From Spirochaetia bacterium (GTDB lineage Bacteria; Spirochaetota; Spirochaetia; CADAEX01): 64,000 nucleotides of DNA. Position numbers and translations under genes: made by a program. Where the stretch lies: assembly GCA_963662265.2 (NCBI GenBank), contig CAXXHA010000003.1, forward strand, positions 1 through 64,000, read 5' to 3'. Within the stretch, counting starts at the first letter, position 1. Every line of letters begins with the position of its first letter. Below are positions 9,311 through 18,192 of the stretch, one piece after another. The notes under the pieces are model-generated. The model had not been told where the DNA came from. It did no database searches and was given only the letters and a program-made list of their open reading frames with translations.

Positions 9311-10180
9311 TTAAAGAATCTCACCTGCATGGCCGGAGGAATCACTGCTTTTTTCCTGATTAAACTTTATGCCGATTTTATTAAAAAACAGCTTTCTGTC
9401 GTAAAGAATTATTAAAGCTGTAAATCCGGTAAGTACAAATGTCTGTATGCATTTTGTTTCCTGTGTAATTGCAAGCATTTCCTGGGACATGTTGACAATG
9501 AAGTGGAAGAGGATTGCTGAAAATACACTTTTCCTGTTCTTGATGCATATCCAGCTTATGATAAATCCCATTGGTATTATGCTTACGAAAAAGTTAATTC
9601 CGTAAATAATATTTTCATTCAGTATTTCATACTGGTATGAATCTTTAACAAAAATTAACGGCAGGTGCCAGATTGACCACAGAATGCTGAAGTAAAGGGA
9701 TGCTTTAAAATTGCTGAACCGGCTCTGGAGGCTGTCAAATGCATAACCTCTCCATCCAAGTTCTTCAAATCCTGCAGCAAGGAGCAACAATGTGAGAACA
9801 GGTACTATACCAGTCGAAAAGGAAAAGCCATCCGCCCATTCAAACTGGTCCGGTGATCCGCCGAACAGCAGTGAAATAGAAACTGACAAAAGCACAGATG
9901 CCGGCATGATAAGAAAATAGAGAGGGATAATTTTCATATTGATAAGTTTGATGTTGAAAAGTCTGTTGAAATAATCCTTTATCATGGCTTTGTTTTTTGA
10001 GCTGAATGTCATGATGAGAGAGATGATAAAAGGGATTATAAGTCCCGCAAGCATGAGAATCATATAAAGACTCCCTCTTGCCTTGTGGCTGGCTATGGCT
10101 CCTGCTGTCCAGAATATATAAGTCAGTATAAAAGTTAATGCATAGTATTTATGTGGTTTATAAATGTCGTTTGCTTCCAT
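9311..10180 (-). CDS. CPBP/CAAX (Abi) intramembrane glutamic endopeptidase
   Basis: EELGWRG, WSIWH and HFIVN motifs; multiple TM segments. Confidence 0.92.
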   Translation of the reverse strand: MEANDIYKPHKYYALTFILTYIFWTAGAIASHKARGSLYMILMLAGLIIPFIISLIMTFSSKNKAMIKDYFNRLFNIKLINMKIIPLYFLIMPASVLLSVSISLLFGGSPDQFEWADGFSFSTGIVPVLTLLLLAAGFEELGWRGYAFDSLQSRFSNFKASLYFSILWSIWHLPLIFVKDSYQYEILNENIIYGINFFVSIIPMGFIISWICIKNRKSVFSAILFHFIVNMSQEMLAITQETKCIQTFVLTGFTALIILYDRKLFFNKIGIKFNQEKSSDSSGHAGEIL

Positions 10181-10284
10181 TGTTTTCTCCCTGGATAAAT
10201 TGATTATTTAAAAAATGTGATTTGTTTTAAACTGAAAAATCATTTTATATCCGGCTGAATCAGCCTGTCTTTAACGAAGTATTA

Positions 10285-11258
10285 CTAAAGCAGGTAAGCT
10301 GCCTGTATATTGAGATAAAATCCTCTTCCATGGTCCTGTTCATTGCTTTTTTCATAATATGTTTTTCCTTCTGCATATCCGAAGGTGATTTCAAGAAGTG
10401 ACAGGTCAAGAGTTGAATAATATGCTTTCCATCCTGTCTGTATTGTCCTGTCATTTTCTCCTGATAAATCGGCGCAGTAGTCATCTGTCATTATTCCCAT
10501 CCTGACGCCTGCAAAATCACCATATACATGATCTCTGGAAAAAAAGCGGTATTCAATATTTACATCATATTTAATGCCGTATTCATTCCATCTTGCAGGA
10601 TCAGCAATAAGAACTGATGTATTTACTTTCAGTCTGTTTTCAGGTGCTATGACAAGGTCAACCATGGGTGATGTTGTAAGATCAAAAGCTGTAAACAGCA
10701 GCGGCGATGAATATTCATAGTGGATGAAAGGGAGAGGTATTAAAGGCCATGCAGAGCCGTTTGTCATCTCAATGTCCCAGTCTGAAACTGCAAGTGATGC
10801 TCCAAGATAGAGGGAATGTTTTTCAGAGTGTATTAATTCATATCCGTATCCTGTGACAAAGGTAAAAGTTTCAAGTCCCCCTGTTACAGGTTTGTCGGAA
10901 CAGCTCTTAAGAGCTAAAAAATACTGATGGTACTGTTTCTTTCTCTGAAGAAAGAATTCTATGTTACTGTATTTTCCGGGGTACTCGTAGAGGGGGTGAT
11001 TTTTCATATTTACTACCGCTGTAAACAAGGGCGGCAAGAAGACTGTTTTTTTTTATCAGTATAATCTGCTTCAGTATTTCCTCTTGCAATTATAAGCCCA
11101 CCCCCGTAATTGCAGAGATTCTGTTTTTCAAGTGATAAATTTTTGTAAAAAAGAAGAGGGATGATATTGGTGTTGTCTTTTTCATTGCTGTCTTCAGATT
11201 CTGAAAAAAGGTACTGCGTTGAGAAAAGCAGCATAGTTAAAATTAAAATATGTTTCAT
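10285..11258 (-). CDS. Exported, probably outer-membrane protein, frameshifted at a T9/A9 run
   Basis: Signal-peptide ORF 11013-11258 and ORF 10285-11037 join across the homopolymer at 11046-11054; amphipathic beta-strand-like segments. Confidence 0.6.
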
Positions 11259-11273
11259 GATAATTCAGCTCCT

Positions 11274-11993
11274 TCATTCATGAGAGTTATTGTGGTCTGA
11301 TTTTATTACTGCTTTGTAGTTTTCTAGCATTCTGCCGGTCAGTACCATTTCTTCCACAGCTTTCTGAGTCATGCTTAGCAGTCTGGAAACCGATGATGTA
11401 AAACCTCCAATCAGCTCTTCAAGCTCTGAAACAGCATTATTTTTTCCACTTCTGATTATTCTCCTGACCTGATTCATCATTCCCGAGTCAAGGTGGTGTA
11501 TGAAAAGCGCCATGTTTTCCGGTGAACCTGTAAATGAACATTCCCCCTCTGTTCTTCCCTGTTCAAAGAGAGGAGAAAATACTTCGATATAGATTTTTTC
11601 ACTGTAGTAATCGAAGAGTTTTTCCATGGCAGCATTTGCAGTGCTTATATGTGTTTCTGGCAGATCAGATGCAAATGTTACAGATGCCTGGTTCATTTCC
11701 GAGCTTCTTACCATTGTCATGATTTCCTTTATTTTTTCAGACATTGATATCCCTTCTTTTTCAGTTACAGGAATAAATGTCTTCTTCATGAACTGATAAA
11801 AATTAAGGCAGATCCTCTCAAGCACCTCCTCCTTGGATTTGAAATGGTGATAAAGCGCCCCTTTTGACAGGCCGCAGCTGTCTGCGATGTTCTGTATAGA
11901 TGTATTTTCGTATCCCTTTTCGTGAAAGAGTCTTTCAGAAACCTGCAGTATCTCATTCAGTGTCTGTTCTTTCTGCTGTTCCCTTTTATTCAT
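11274..11993 (-). CDS. TetR/AcrR family regulator
   Basis: LFHEKGYENTSIQNIADSCGLSKGALYHHFKSKEE; ATG at 11993 after GGAGG. Confidence 0.93.
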   Translation of the reverse strand: MNKREQQKEQTLNEILQVSERLFHEKGYENTSIQNIADSCGLSKGALYHHFKSKEEVLERICLNFYQFMKKTFIPVTEKEGISMSEKIKEIMTMVRSSEMNQASVTFASDLPETHISTANAAMEKLFDYYSEKIYIEVFSPLFEQGRTEGECSFTGSPENMALFIHHLDSGMMNQVRRIIRSGKNNAVSELEELIGGFTSSVSRLLSMTQKAVEEMVLTGRMLENYKAVIKSDHNNSHE

Positions 11994-12011
11994 AACGCCT
12001 CCTTTTTGCGT

Positions 12012-12043
12012 ACCGTTGTTCAGTGACTGACCGTTGTTCAGTA
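12012..12043. promoter_or_regulatory. Putative TetR autoregulatory operator
   Basis: ACCGTTGTTCAGT repeated at 12012 and 12030, including the dyad ACTGA-N7-TCAGT. Confidence 0.6.
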
Positions 12044-12207
12044 TAAGTAAAGACTGAAAAAAGTCAACCCGCATTCTGACATCAGGTTGAAAAAAATAAA
12101 AAAATCAAAACTGCGGCCTGTCTTCGAGGCAAATTCTGATGAAAATGCCTTTAGAATCTTTGATAAACAGGTACTTCTAATAATAGAAAACAGTATTATC
12201 AGGAGTT

Positions 12208-12777
12208 TTAAAACATCCAGCCGATTTTTACAGATGCGGAATTCAGGAAGTACTTTTCACGGAATGATGTTTTTTCTGTCTTAACCGATTCAGGGGCAGG
12301 GTTGAAATGCATTGCTGCAAAAGGATTTAGGTAAAGATGTTTCCCAAGCATGAATGTATATCCCCCTCCCAGTGTAATTATAATGCTGTCCCATGAAACA
12401 TCTTCTCCTGTTACCTCATCTCCGGCCCTGTTTTTCCAGAGTTCAATACCCCCTCCAATCCAGGGGCCCCTGTTCATTTCCTTAAAATAGTAATCAGTTA
12501 TAAAAGCAATCACTGTTAATTCATGAGAATCTGTGCCTTCATACAGAAATATTTCAGGGATTTCAGTCTTTGCAGCAACAACCCTGTATTTATAACTGCC
12601 TGACGATACCCACCCCTGGATGCTGAACCCCTCATTGCCTGCAGCGGCTGCTGAAATATACGGGAGAATATCGGTAGATAATCCAAAGCTTGGTTTTTCC
12701 CCCGGTGAAAGATCCCCGGCAAACAGGGAGGGGGTAAAAAGCAGAAATAATAAAATCAGGGCAATATGTTTCTTCAT
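12208..12777 (-). CDS. Putative small outer-membrane beta-barrel protein
   Basis: Signal peptide, alternating beta strands (GPWIGGGIE, LGGGYTF, YLNPF), C-terminal Phe (VKIGWMF). Confidence 0.65.
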   Translation of the reverse strand: MKKHIALILLFLLFTPSLFAGDLSPGEKPSFGLSTDILPYISAAAAGNEGFSIQGWVSSGSYKYRVVAAKTEIPEIFLYEGTDSHELTVIAFITDYYFKEMNRGPWIGGGIELWKNRAGDEVTGEDVSWDSIIITLGGGYTFMLGKHLYLNPFAAMHFNPAPESVKTEKTSFREKYFLNSASVKIGWMF

Positions 12778-12789
12778 ATCAGACTCCTT

Positions 12790-12836
12790 ATCGAATATAT
12801 GTTCGATTAATGAGAGTATCGAATAAATAATCGATA
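12790..12836. promoter_or_regulatory. Tandem palindromic operator-like sites
   Basis: ATCGAA-N6-TTCGAT (12790-12807) and TATCGA-N8-TCGATA (12817-12836). Confidence 0.55.
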
Positions 12837-12989
12837 AGCAAGTGCTGTTTCATTGAAAATAAAATTTTATTTTAATGACAGGGTATTTTTCTGTATTCTA
12901 TTTCAATATAAAGATACGTGAAAAAAGGTGTCTTCTTGTGAAGATGATATATAAGGACATGTGCTTTAATATATGATAATATTTACTCT

Positions 12990-15278
12990 ATGCTTGATGA
13001 ACTTATCCAGACAATAAAAGAAGATTATGATTTTAAAAGGAACATTACACACTGGGAACATATTGAACCCCGGGAAGGGCAGTATGCAGATTTCCCTGAA
13101 AATATAGACCCTGTTATCAGAAAAATTTATGACAGCCGTGGGATAAAACGTCTTTATACTCACCAGAGAAAGTGTTTTGACCTTATTGGAGAGGATAAGA
13201 ATGTTGCAGTTGTTACACCCACTGCATCCGGAAAAACTCTCTGCTACAACCTGCCGGTTATTGACCACCTTCTGAAGAATCCCGAGGCAAGGGCGCTCTA
13301 TCTTTTCCCGACAAAGGCGCTTTCCCAGGACCAGCAGTCAGAGCTGAACGAAGTGCTGCTGTCTGAAGATCTCCCTATAAAAACAGTCACATATGACGGT
13401 GATACTCCTTCATCTGTCCGGGTTGCGGCAAGGGACGGAGGAAGGATTATAATAACAAATCCGGATATGCTTCATTCAGGCATAATGCCCAACCATCCCA
13501 AGTGGATCAAGTTTCTTTCAAATATTAAATTCATAATAATCGATGAGGTTCATATTTACAGGGGAGTCTTCGGTTCCCATGTTACAAATGTAATAAGGCG
13601 GCTGAAGAGAATCTGCAGGTTTTACGGTTCTGATCCTGTTTTTATCTGCTGCAGCGCCACAATAGGCAATCCTCTGGAACTTACTGAAAAGATAATTGAG
13701 ACAGATGCCCACCTTGTTGATGATAACGGGTCTCCATCCGGTGAGAAGAATTTCATTCTCTATAATCCCCCCCTTGTTGATGCTGTCCAGGGGATAAGGA
13801 GGGGTGTTGTACTTGAATCGCAGAAGCTTGCCCTTAAATTCCTTAAGAGGGGGGTGAAAACAATTGTGTTTTCCCGTTCAAGAATACGTACAGAACTTAT
13901 TTCCAGCTATATAAACCAGAGGCTTGAAAATATTTACAATGATAACAGCAGGGTAAAGGTCGAGGCTTACAGGGGAGGTTATCTTCCAGGTGAAAGAAGA
14001 GCTATCGAGAAGGGCCTCAGAAGCGGGGAGATACAGGGGGTGGTTTCAACAAATGCACTCGAGCTGGGGATAGATATCGGGGGGCTTGATGCCTCGATCA
14101 TGGCAGGTTTTCCCGGCAGCATTTCATCCTCCTGGCAGCAGGCCGGGCGTGCGGGAAGGAGGGCAACATCATCTGTGTCTGTTCTTATAGCTTCCTCTTC
14201 CCCCATAGACCAGTATGTTATTGAACATCCTGATTACTTCTTCGGCCGCAACCCAGAATCGGCATGGATAGATCCTGACAATATCTATATCCTTCTTGAC
14301 CACCTTAAATGCGCTGCTTTTGAGCTTCCCTTTTCCGATTCTGAAAATTTCGGGAAAAACTCCGAAGAGCTCCTTGTTTACCTCGAAGAGGAGGGGGTAG
14401 TCAGAAGGACAGGCGGAAAGTATTACTGGGCAGACAGGTCATACCCTGCAGAAACAGTATCGCTCAGGAGTGCGACAGCTGAAAATGTTGTGATAATTGA
14501 TCAGACAAACGGGCGTAACACAGTAATCGGCGAGATGGACAGGCCGTCTGCAAAGGAAATGATTTTTGACAATGCTGTCTATATCCACCGGGGGGATCAG
14601 TTTATTGTAAAGAAGCTTGATATTGAAAACAGGAAATGCTTTGTCGAAAAATCAAACCTCAACTATTATACAGATGCTGTTGTAAAGGCTGATATTAAAA
14701 TACTTGAAGAGGACAGGAGTTCCGTAAAATCAGGCGCGAGAATTGCAGAGGGTGATGTTCTTGTAAGGAAACAGGTGACAAAATTCAAGAAGATAAAATA
14801 TATGAGCCACGAGAATATTGGTTTCGGTGAGATATTCCTTCCTGAAGAGGAGATGCATACAAGAAGTGTTGTATTTATTTTTGATGAAAATACCAGCTCC
14901 TCATCAGCTTTTGAAGATATCCCTGATGATATAAAGGAACATGTGATCGGAAGAATAGGAAGCCTTATACAGAATGTTGCTCCTGTTTTTCTTCTCTGCG
15001 AGAGAAGGGATATTGGTGTTGCTGAAAGGCTTAAAGACCCTCATTTCGGAAAACCCTGTATATATATTTATGATAATTATCCGGGAGGAACCGGCCTTTC
15101 CGAGGGCTTGTCTGGAATTACTGATGAAGTTCTGAATGCTGCTTACGGCAGAGTTACCGACTGTCCGTGTGAGTCAGGCTGTCCTTCATGCATAGGGCCA
15201 GATGATGATTCCTCTGCTGAATACAACAAGAAAGAGCAGATAATTTCATTTTTCAGAGAGTGGCTTGGAAAGGAATGA
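12990..15278 (+). CDS. mrfA: DEAD/DEAH-box helicase with C-terminal DUF1998 Zn domain (MrfA/YprA/Hrq1 family)
   Basis: PTASGKT, PTKAL, DEVH, SAT, TNALELGIDIG, QQAGRAGRR and C-terminal CPCESGCPSC. Confidence 0.92.
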   Translation: MLDELIQTIKEDYDFKRNITHWEHIEPREGQYADFPENIDPVIRKIYDSRGIKRLYTHQRKCFDLIGEDKNVAVVTPTASGKTLCYNLPVIDHLLKNPEARALYLFPTKALSQDQQSELNEVLLSEDLPIKTVTYDGDTPSSVRVAARDGGRIIITNPDMLHSGIMPNHPKWIKFLSNIKFIIIDEVHIYRGVFGSHVTNVIRRLKRICRFYGSDPVFICCSATIGNPLELTEKIIETDAHLVDDNGSPSGEKNFILYNPPLVDAVQGIRRGVVLESQKLALKFLKRGVKTIVFSRSRIRTELISSYINQRLENIYNDNSRVKVEAYRGGYLPGERRAIEKGLRSGEIQGVVSTNALELGIDIGGLDASIMAGFPGSISSSWQQAGRAGRRATSSVSVLIASSSPIDQYVIEHPDYFFGRNPESAWIDPDNIYILLDHLKCAAFELPFSDSENFGKNSEELLVYLEEEGVVRRTGGKYYWADRSYPAETVSLRSATAENVVIIDQTNGRNTVIGEMDRPSAKEMIFDNAVYIHRGDQFIVKKLDIENRKCFVEKSNLNYYTDAVVKADIKILEEDRSSVKSGARIAEGDVLVRKQVTKFKKIKYMSHENIGFGEIFLPEEEMHTRSVVFIFDENTSSSSAFEDIPDDIKEHVIGRIGSLIQNVAPVFLLCERRDIGVAERLKDPHFGKPCIYIYDNYPGGTGLSEGLSGITDEVLNAAYGRVTDCPCESGCPSCIGPDDDSSAEYNKKEQIISFFREWLGKE

Positions 15279-16330
15279 AAGTTTCAGATCTCAGATCAAG
15301 GCTTGATGCCATAAAAAAGCGGGATAAGCAGGATATCCCCGGCAATAACAGTAAGTCTGATGAAAAATCTTCAGGAATCTTGAATCCTGCAGGTAAAAAG
15401 GAAACTGAAAGTTCAGGCCTGAATAGGGATTCCGGGGGGAATACTCCAGGCAGGGATAATGAGTCTGAAAAATCTGATACCTGTATTCCCGGCAGCAGCC
15501 TCCCTGCTTCTGAAAGAGCCCTGCTTGAAAACGGCTGGAAAAAGCTTTCAGATATGGTCTATGAGAAACTCACCATGTGTGATAATCCCCTCCCTGAAAA
15601 TATCTCTGATTTTCTGATGATGCAGCCTGCGGAATCGGGAAGGCTTGTTTTTTATGATACTGAAACTACAGGTCTTTCGGGAGGAGCAGGAAACATTGTA
15701 TTTCTTATAGGTTTCGGGTTTACGGAAGGGGGGAAATTCAAAACAGTCCAGCTCATGCTTACCGATTTTCCCGGTGAACCAGTCTTTCTTGAGGAGGTTG
15801 GAAATTATTTATCTCCCGATAAAATTTATGTCTCTTATAACGGGAAGAGTTTTGATTCAAATCTCCTTAAAAGCCGCTTTGCAATGAACGGCATGAGGCT
15901 TGAATTCGGATATCAGCTTGACCTTCTTTATCCTGCAAGACGGCTCTGGAAAAATATTATCGGAAGCTGCTCTCTTTCTGATATTGAAGGAAAAATACTA
16001 AAAAAGGGGATGGCTGAAGGGAGTTTTTTCTGCGGCAGGGAGCTTGGTCTCTATTACAGGAAGTCAGGCAGGTACCTTGAGTCGTCTAAAGTCTGGAGAA
16101 GCCTGTGGTCTGATGGCAGGAGTGTGTTTGCAGGGGTTGAACTTGCAAAATATTATGAGCACCGGGAAAAGGATATAGAAAAAGCTTACAAGATAACAGA
16201 AGAAATTCTCTCTCTCGAGCAGTTCCGGGTAAAATTATTTAAGACTGATCTCGAGAAAAGAAAAGCAAGGCTTGAAAATAAGCTTGTAAATATAAATCTT
16301 AATAAGCACTCAAACCTGCGAGAATCTTAA
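15275..16330 (+). CDS. mrfB: MrfB/YprB-like DEDD RNase H-fold exonuclease with TPR-like tail, apparently internally deleted
   Basis: FYDTETTGLSGGAG, SYNGKSFD, DLLYPARRLWK and ELAKYYEHREKD; ATGA overlap with the helicase; ExoIII segment not visible. Confidence 0.8.
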   Translation: MKVSDLRSRLDAIKKRDKQDIPGNNSKSDEKSSGILNPAGKKETESSGLNRDSGGNTPGRDNESEKSDTCIPGSSLPASERALLENGWKKLSDMVYEKLTMCDNPLPENISDFLMMQPAESGRLVFYDTETTGLSGGAGNIVFLIGFGFTEGGKFKTVQLMLTDFPGEPVFLEEVGNYLSPDKIYVSYNGKSFDSNLLKSRFAMNGMRLEFGYQLDLLYPARRLWKNIIGSCSLSDIEGKILKKGMAEGSFFCGRELGLYYRKSGRYLESSKVWRSLWSDGRSVFAGVELAKYYEHREKDIEKAYKITEEILSLEQFRVKLFKTDLEKRKARLENKLVNINLNKHSNLRES

Positions 16331-16452
16331 TTATTGTTAATAGTATAAAGAGTTTTTCAGCTTCACCTGTCTTTAAATTTCACTACATGAACATTTTTTC
16401 ATGAATCACTGCCAAAATAAGTAAAAAAAATGCTTTTTTAAATAAATAAAAA

Positions 16453-16489
16453 TTGACTTATAATGATTATAAGATATAATGATTATAAG
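16453..16489 (+). promoter_or_regulatory. Promoter overlapped by tandem palindromic operators
   Basis: TTGACT-N16-TATAAT; perfect palindrome CTTATAATGATTATAAG (16457-16473) and second copy TATAATGATTATA (16475-16487). Confidence 0.75.
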
Positions 16490-16514
16490 TTTAACTTTAG
16501 GGGGTAGAATAAAA

Positions 16515-17579
16515 ATGTGGAGAAAATTGTCTTTAATGGCAATTATTGCTGTAGTTTTATTTTCAATGATTTCATGCGGAGGCTCAAATAATGATGCAGC
16601 TGCAAAAACAGAAGTAAAAAAAGAGGTTATTAAATGGAAGATGCAGTCATGGGCATCTGCAGGTGATTCAACTTATGAAGCAGCAGAAGCTTTTGCTGAA
16701 ATGGTTAATGAGGCATCTGATGGAAGACTGGTTGTAACACCATACAATGCAGGAGCTATTATTCCTGCAGGTAAGGAATTCGATGCTGTATTGTCAGGTA
16801 CTGTAGAAGCTGTTCATGGCGCGCCTGCCTGGACTCTCGGTTATTTTCCCGGTGCGATTTTCTATAACAATACTGTAGGCGGACTGACATGTAACCAGCA
16901 GACAATGTGGCTTGAAAAAGAAGGTCTTGAACTTGCAAGAAAGAACTATTCTCCTCTCGGAGCTTTCTATGTAGGTCCTCTTACACCTCACAGCCCTGAG
17001 GTTTTTGCTCACAGTACAAAAGAAATCAACTCTGTAAAAGATCTCAAAGGTCTGAAACTCAGAATGGGTTCTGCAGCTCTCAATGAGATTTTTGCAAAAA
17101 TGGGTGCGGCTCCTGTATTCATGCCGGGCGGCGAAGTCTATGAAGCAACCCAGCGAGGCGTTATCGATGGTTTTGAATATGTAACTCCATCTGTTAACTA
17201 CGGCATGGGCTTTCATGAAGTTACAGAATATATGTATCTTTCTCCATCAAGAGCACCTACAGATGCTCAGGCTCTTTTCGTAAACCAGAAAGTATGGGAA
17301 TCACTTCCTGCTGATCTTCAAGTAATTGTAGAGAATGCTACAAAGACTGTTGCTTATCAGTACTATGTGGAAGAAGTTTCAAGAGATGCTGAAGCTCTCA
17401 AGAAATTCGAAGAGTATGGAACAAAAATAAGAACAGTTCCTGAAGATGTTGAGAAACTTCTCTTTAAAACTGCTGCTGAATACTATGCTGCTGAAGCTGC
17501 AAAAGATCCTTCTTACAAGGAAATTTATGATTCAGTAATGGACTGGAAAGCTGTCTGCGACCAGTTTGACATCAAGTAG
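16515..17579 (+). CDS. dctP: TRAP transporter substrate-binding lipoprotein (TakP-like)
   Basis: Lipobox MISC, WKMQS, DLKGLKLR and GGEVYEATQRGVIDG. Confidence 0.92.
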   Translation: MWRKLSLMAIIAVVLFSMISCGGSNNDAAAKTEVKKEVIKWKMQSWASAGDSTYEAAEAFAEMVNEASDGRLVVTPYNAGAIIPAGKEFDAVLSGTVEAVHGAPAWTLGYFPGAIFYNNTVGGLTCNQQTMWLEKEGLELARKNYSPLGAFYVGPLTPHSPEVFAHSTKEINSVKDLKGLKLRMGSAALNEIFAKMGAAPVFMPGGEVYEATQRGVIDGFEYVTPSVNYGMGFHEVTEYMYLSPSRAPTDAQALFVNQKVWESLPADLQVIVENATKTVAYQYYVEEVSRDAEALKKFEEYGTKIRTVPEDVEKLLFKTAAEYYAAEAAKDPSYKEIYDSVMDWKAVCDQFDIK

Positions 17580-17590
17580 GATAAGTTTAT

Positions 17591-17614
17591 TTCTCCCCTG
17601 TAATCAGGGGAGAA
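17591..17614 (+). terminator. Intercistronic stem-loop after dctP (attenuator or mRNA stabiliser)
   Basis: TTCTCCCCTG-TAAT-CAGGGGAGAA perfect 10-bp stem. Confidence 0.7.
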
Positions 17615-17631
17615 TTCAGGAGTAAACAAAT

Positions 17632-18192
17632 ATGATAAAAGAGCTTATCAAAAAGATTGTTACGGGAATAGATAAGTTAGGTGATTTGATGGGCCAGCTT
17701 GTCAAATTTTTAATTCCTGCCTTGATTTTTGTGCTGTGTTTCGAAGTTGTTGCAAGATATGTATTTGGAAAACCTACTGTCTGGGCGCTTGAGACTTCGA
17801 AGATGATTTTCGGTGCTATCGGAGCACTCTGCTGGGGATATACACTGAAAATCGGTGGACATGTCAGAGTTGATGTGTTTTATACAATGTTTTCAAAGAA
17901 ATGGAAAGCTATAGTTGATGTTGCTTTAACTGTACTTGTTCTGTTTCCTCTCGAAGCTGTTTTGATTTATACAGGGTATAAATGGTTTTTCTTTGCAGTA
18001 AAGACAAATGAAAGAATGATAGACAGCAGCTGGATGCCGCCATCTGCTCCTTTCCGTCTTGTTCTTTCAATTGGTTTTACACTGTTTTTAATTCAGACAA
18101 TATCTGAACTGATCAAGAATATTTACTTTCTTGTAACTGATAAAGACCTTGTGGAACGTGATGAAGATTATGCGAAGGAGGAGTTGATATGA
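17632..18192 (+). CDS. dctQ: TRAP small permease
   Basis: 4 TM segments, EVVARYVFGKPTVWA, GHVRVD. Confidence 0.92.
   Translation: MIKELIKKIVTGIDKLGDLMGQLVKFLIPALIFVLCFEVVARYVFGKPTVWALETSKMIFGAIGALCWGYTLKIGGHVRVDVFYTMFSKKWKAIVDVALTVLVLFPLEAVLIYTGYKWFFFAVKTNERMIDSSWMPPSAPFRLVLSIGFTLFLIQTISELIKNIYFLVTDKDLVERDEDYAKEELI

Noticed and set aside
12990-15278. DISARM DrmB or other defence helicase (DUF1998)
   Set aside because: No drmA, methylase or PLD neighbours; pairing with a YprB-like nuclease fits MrfAB DNA repair
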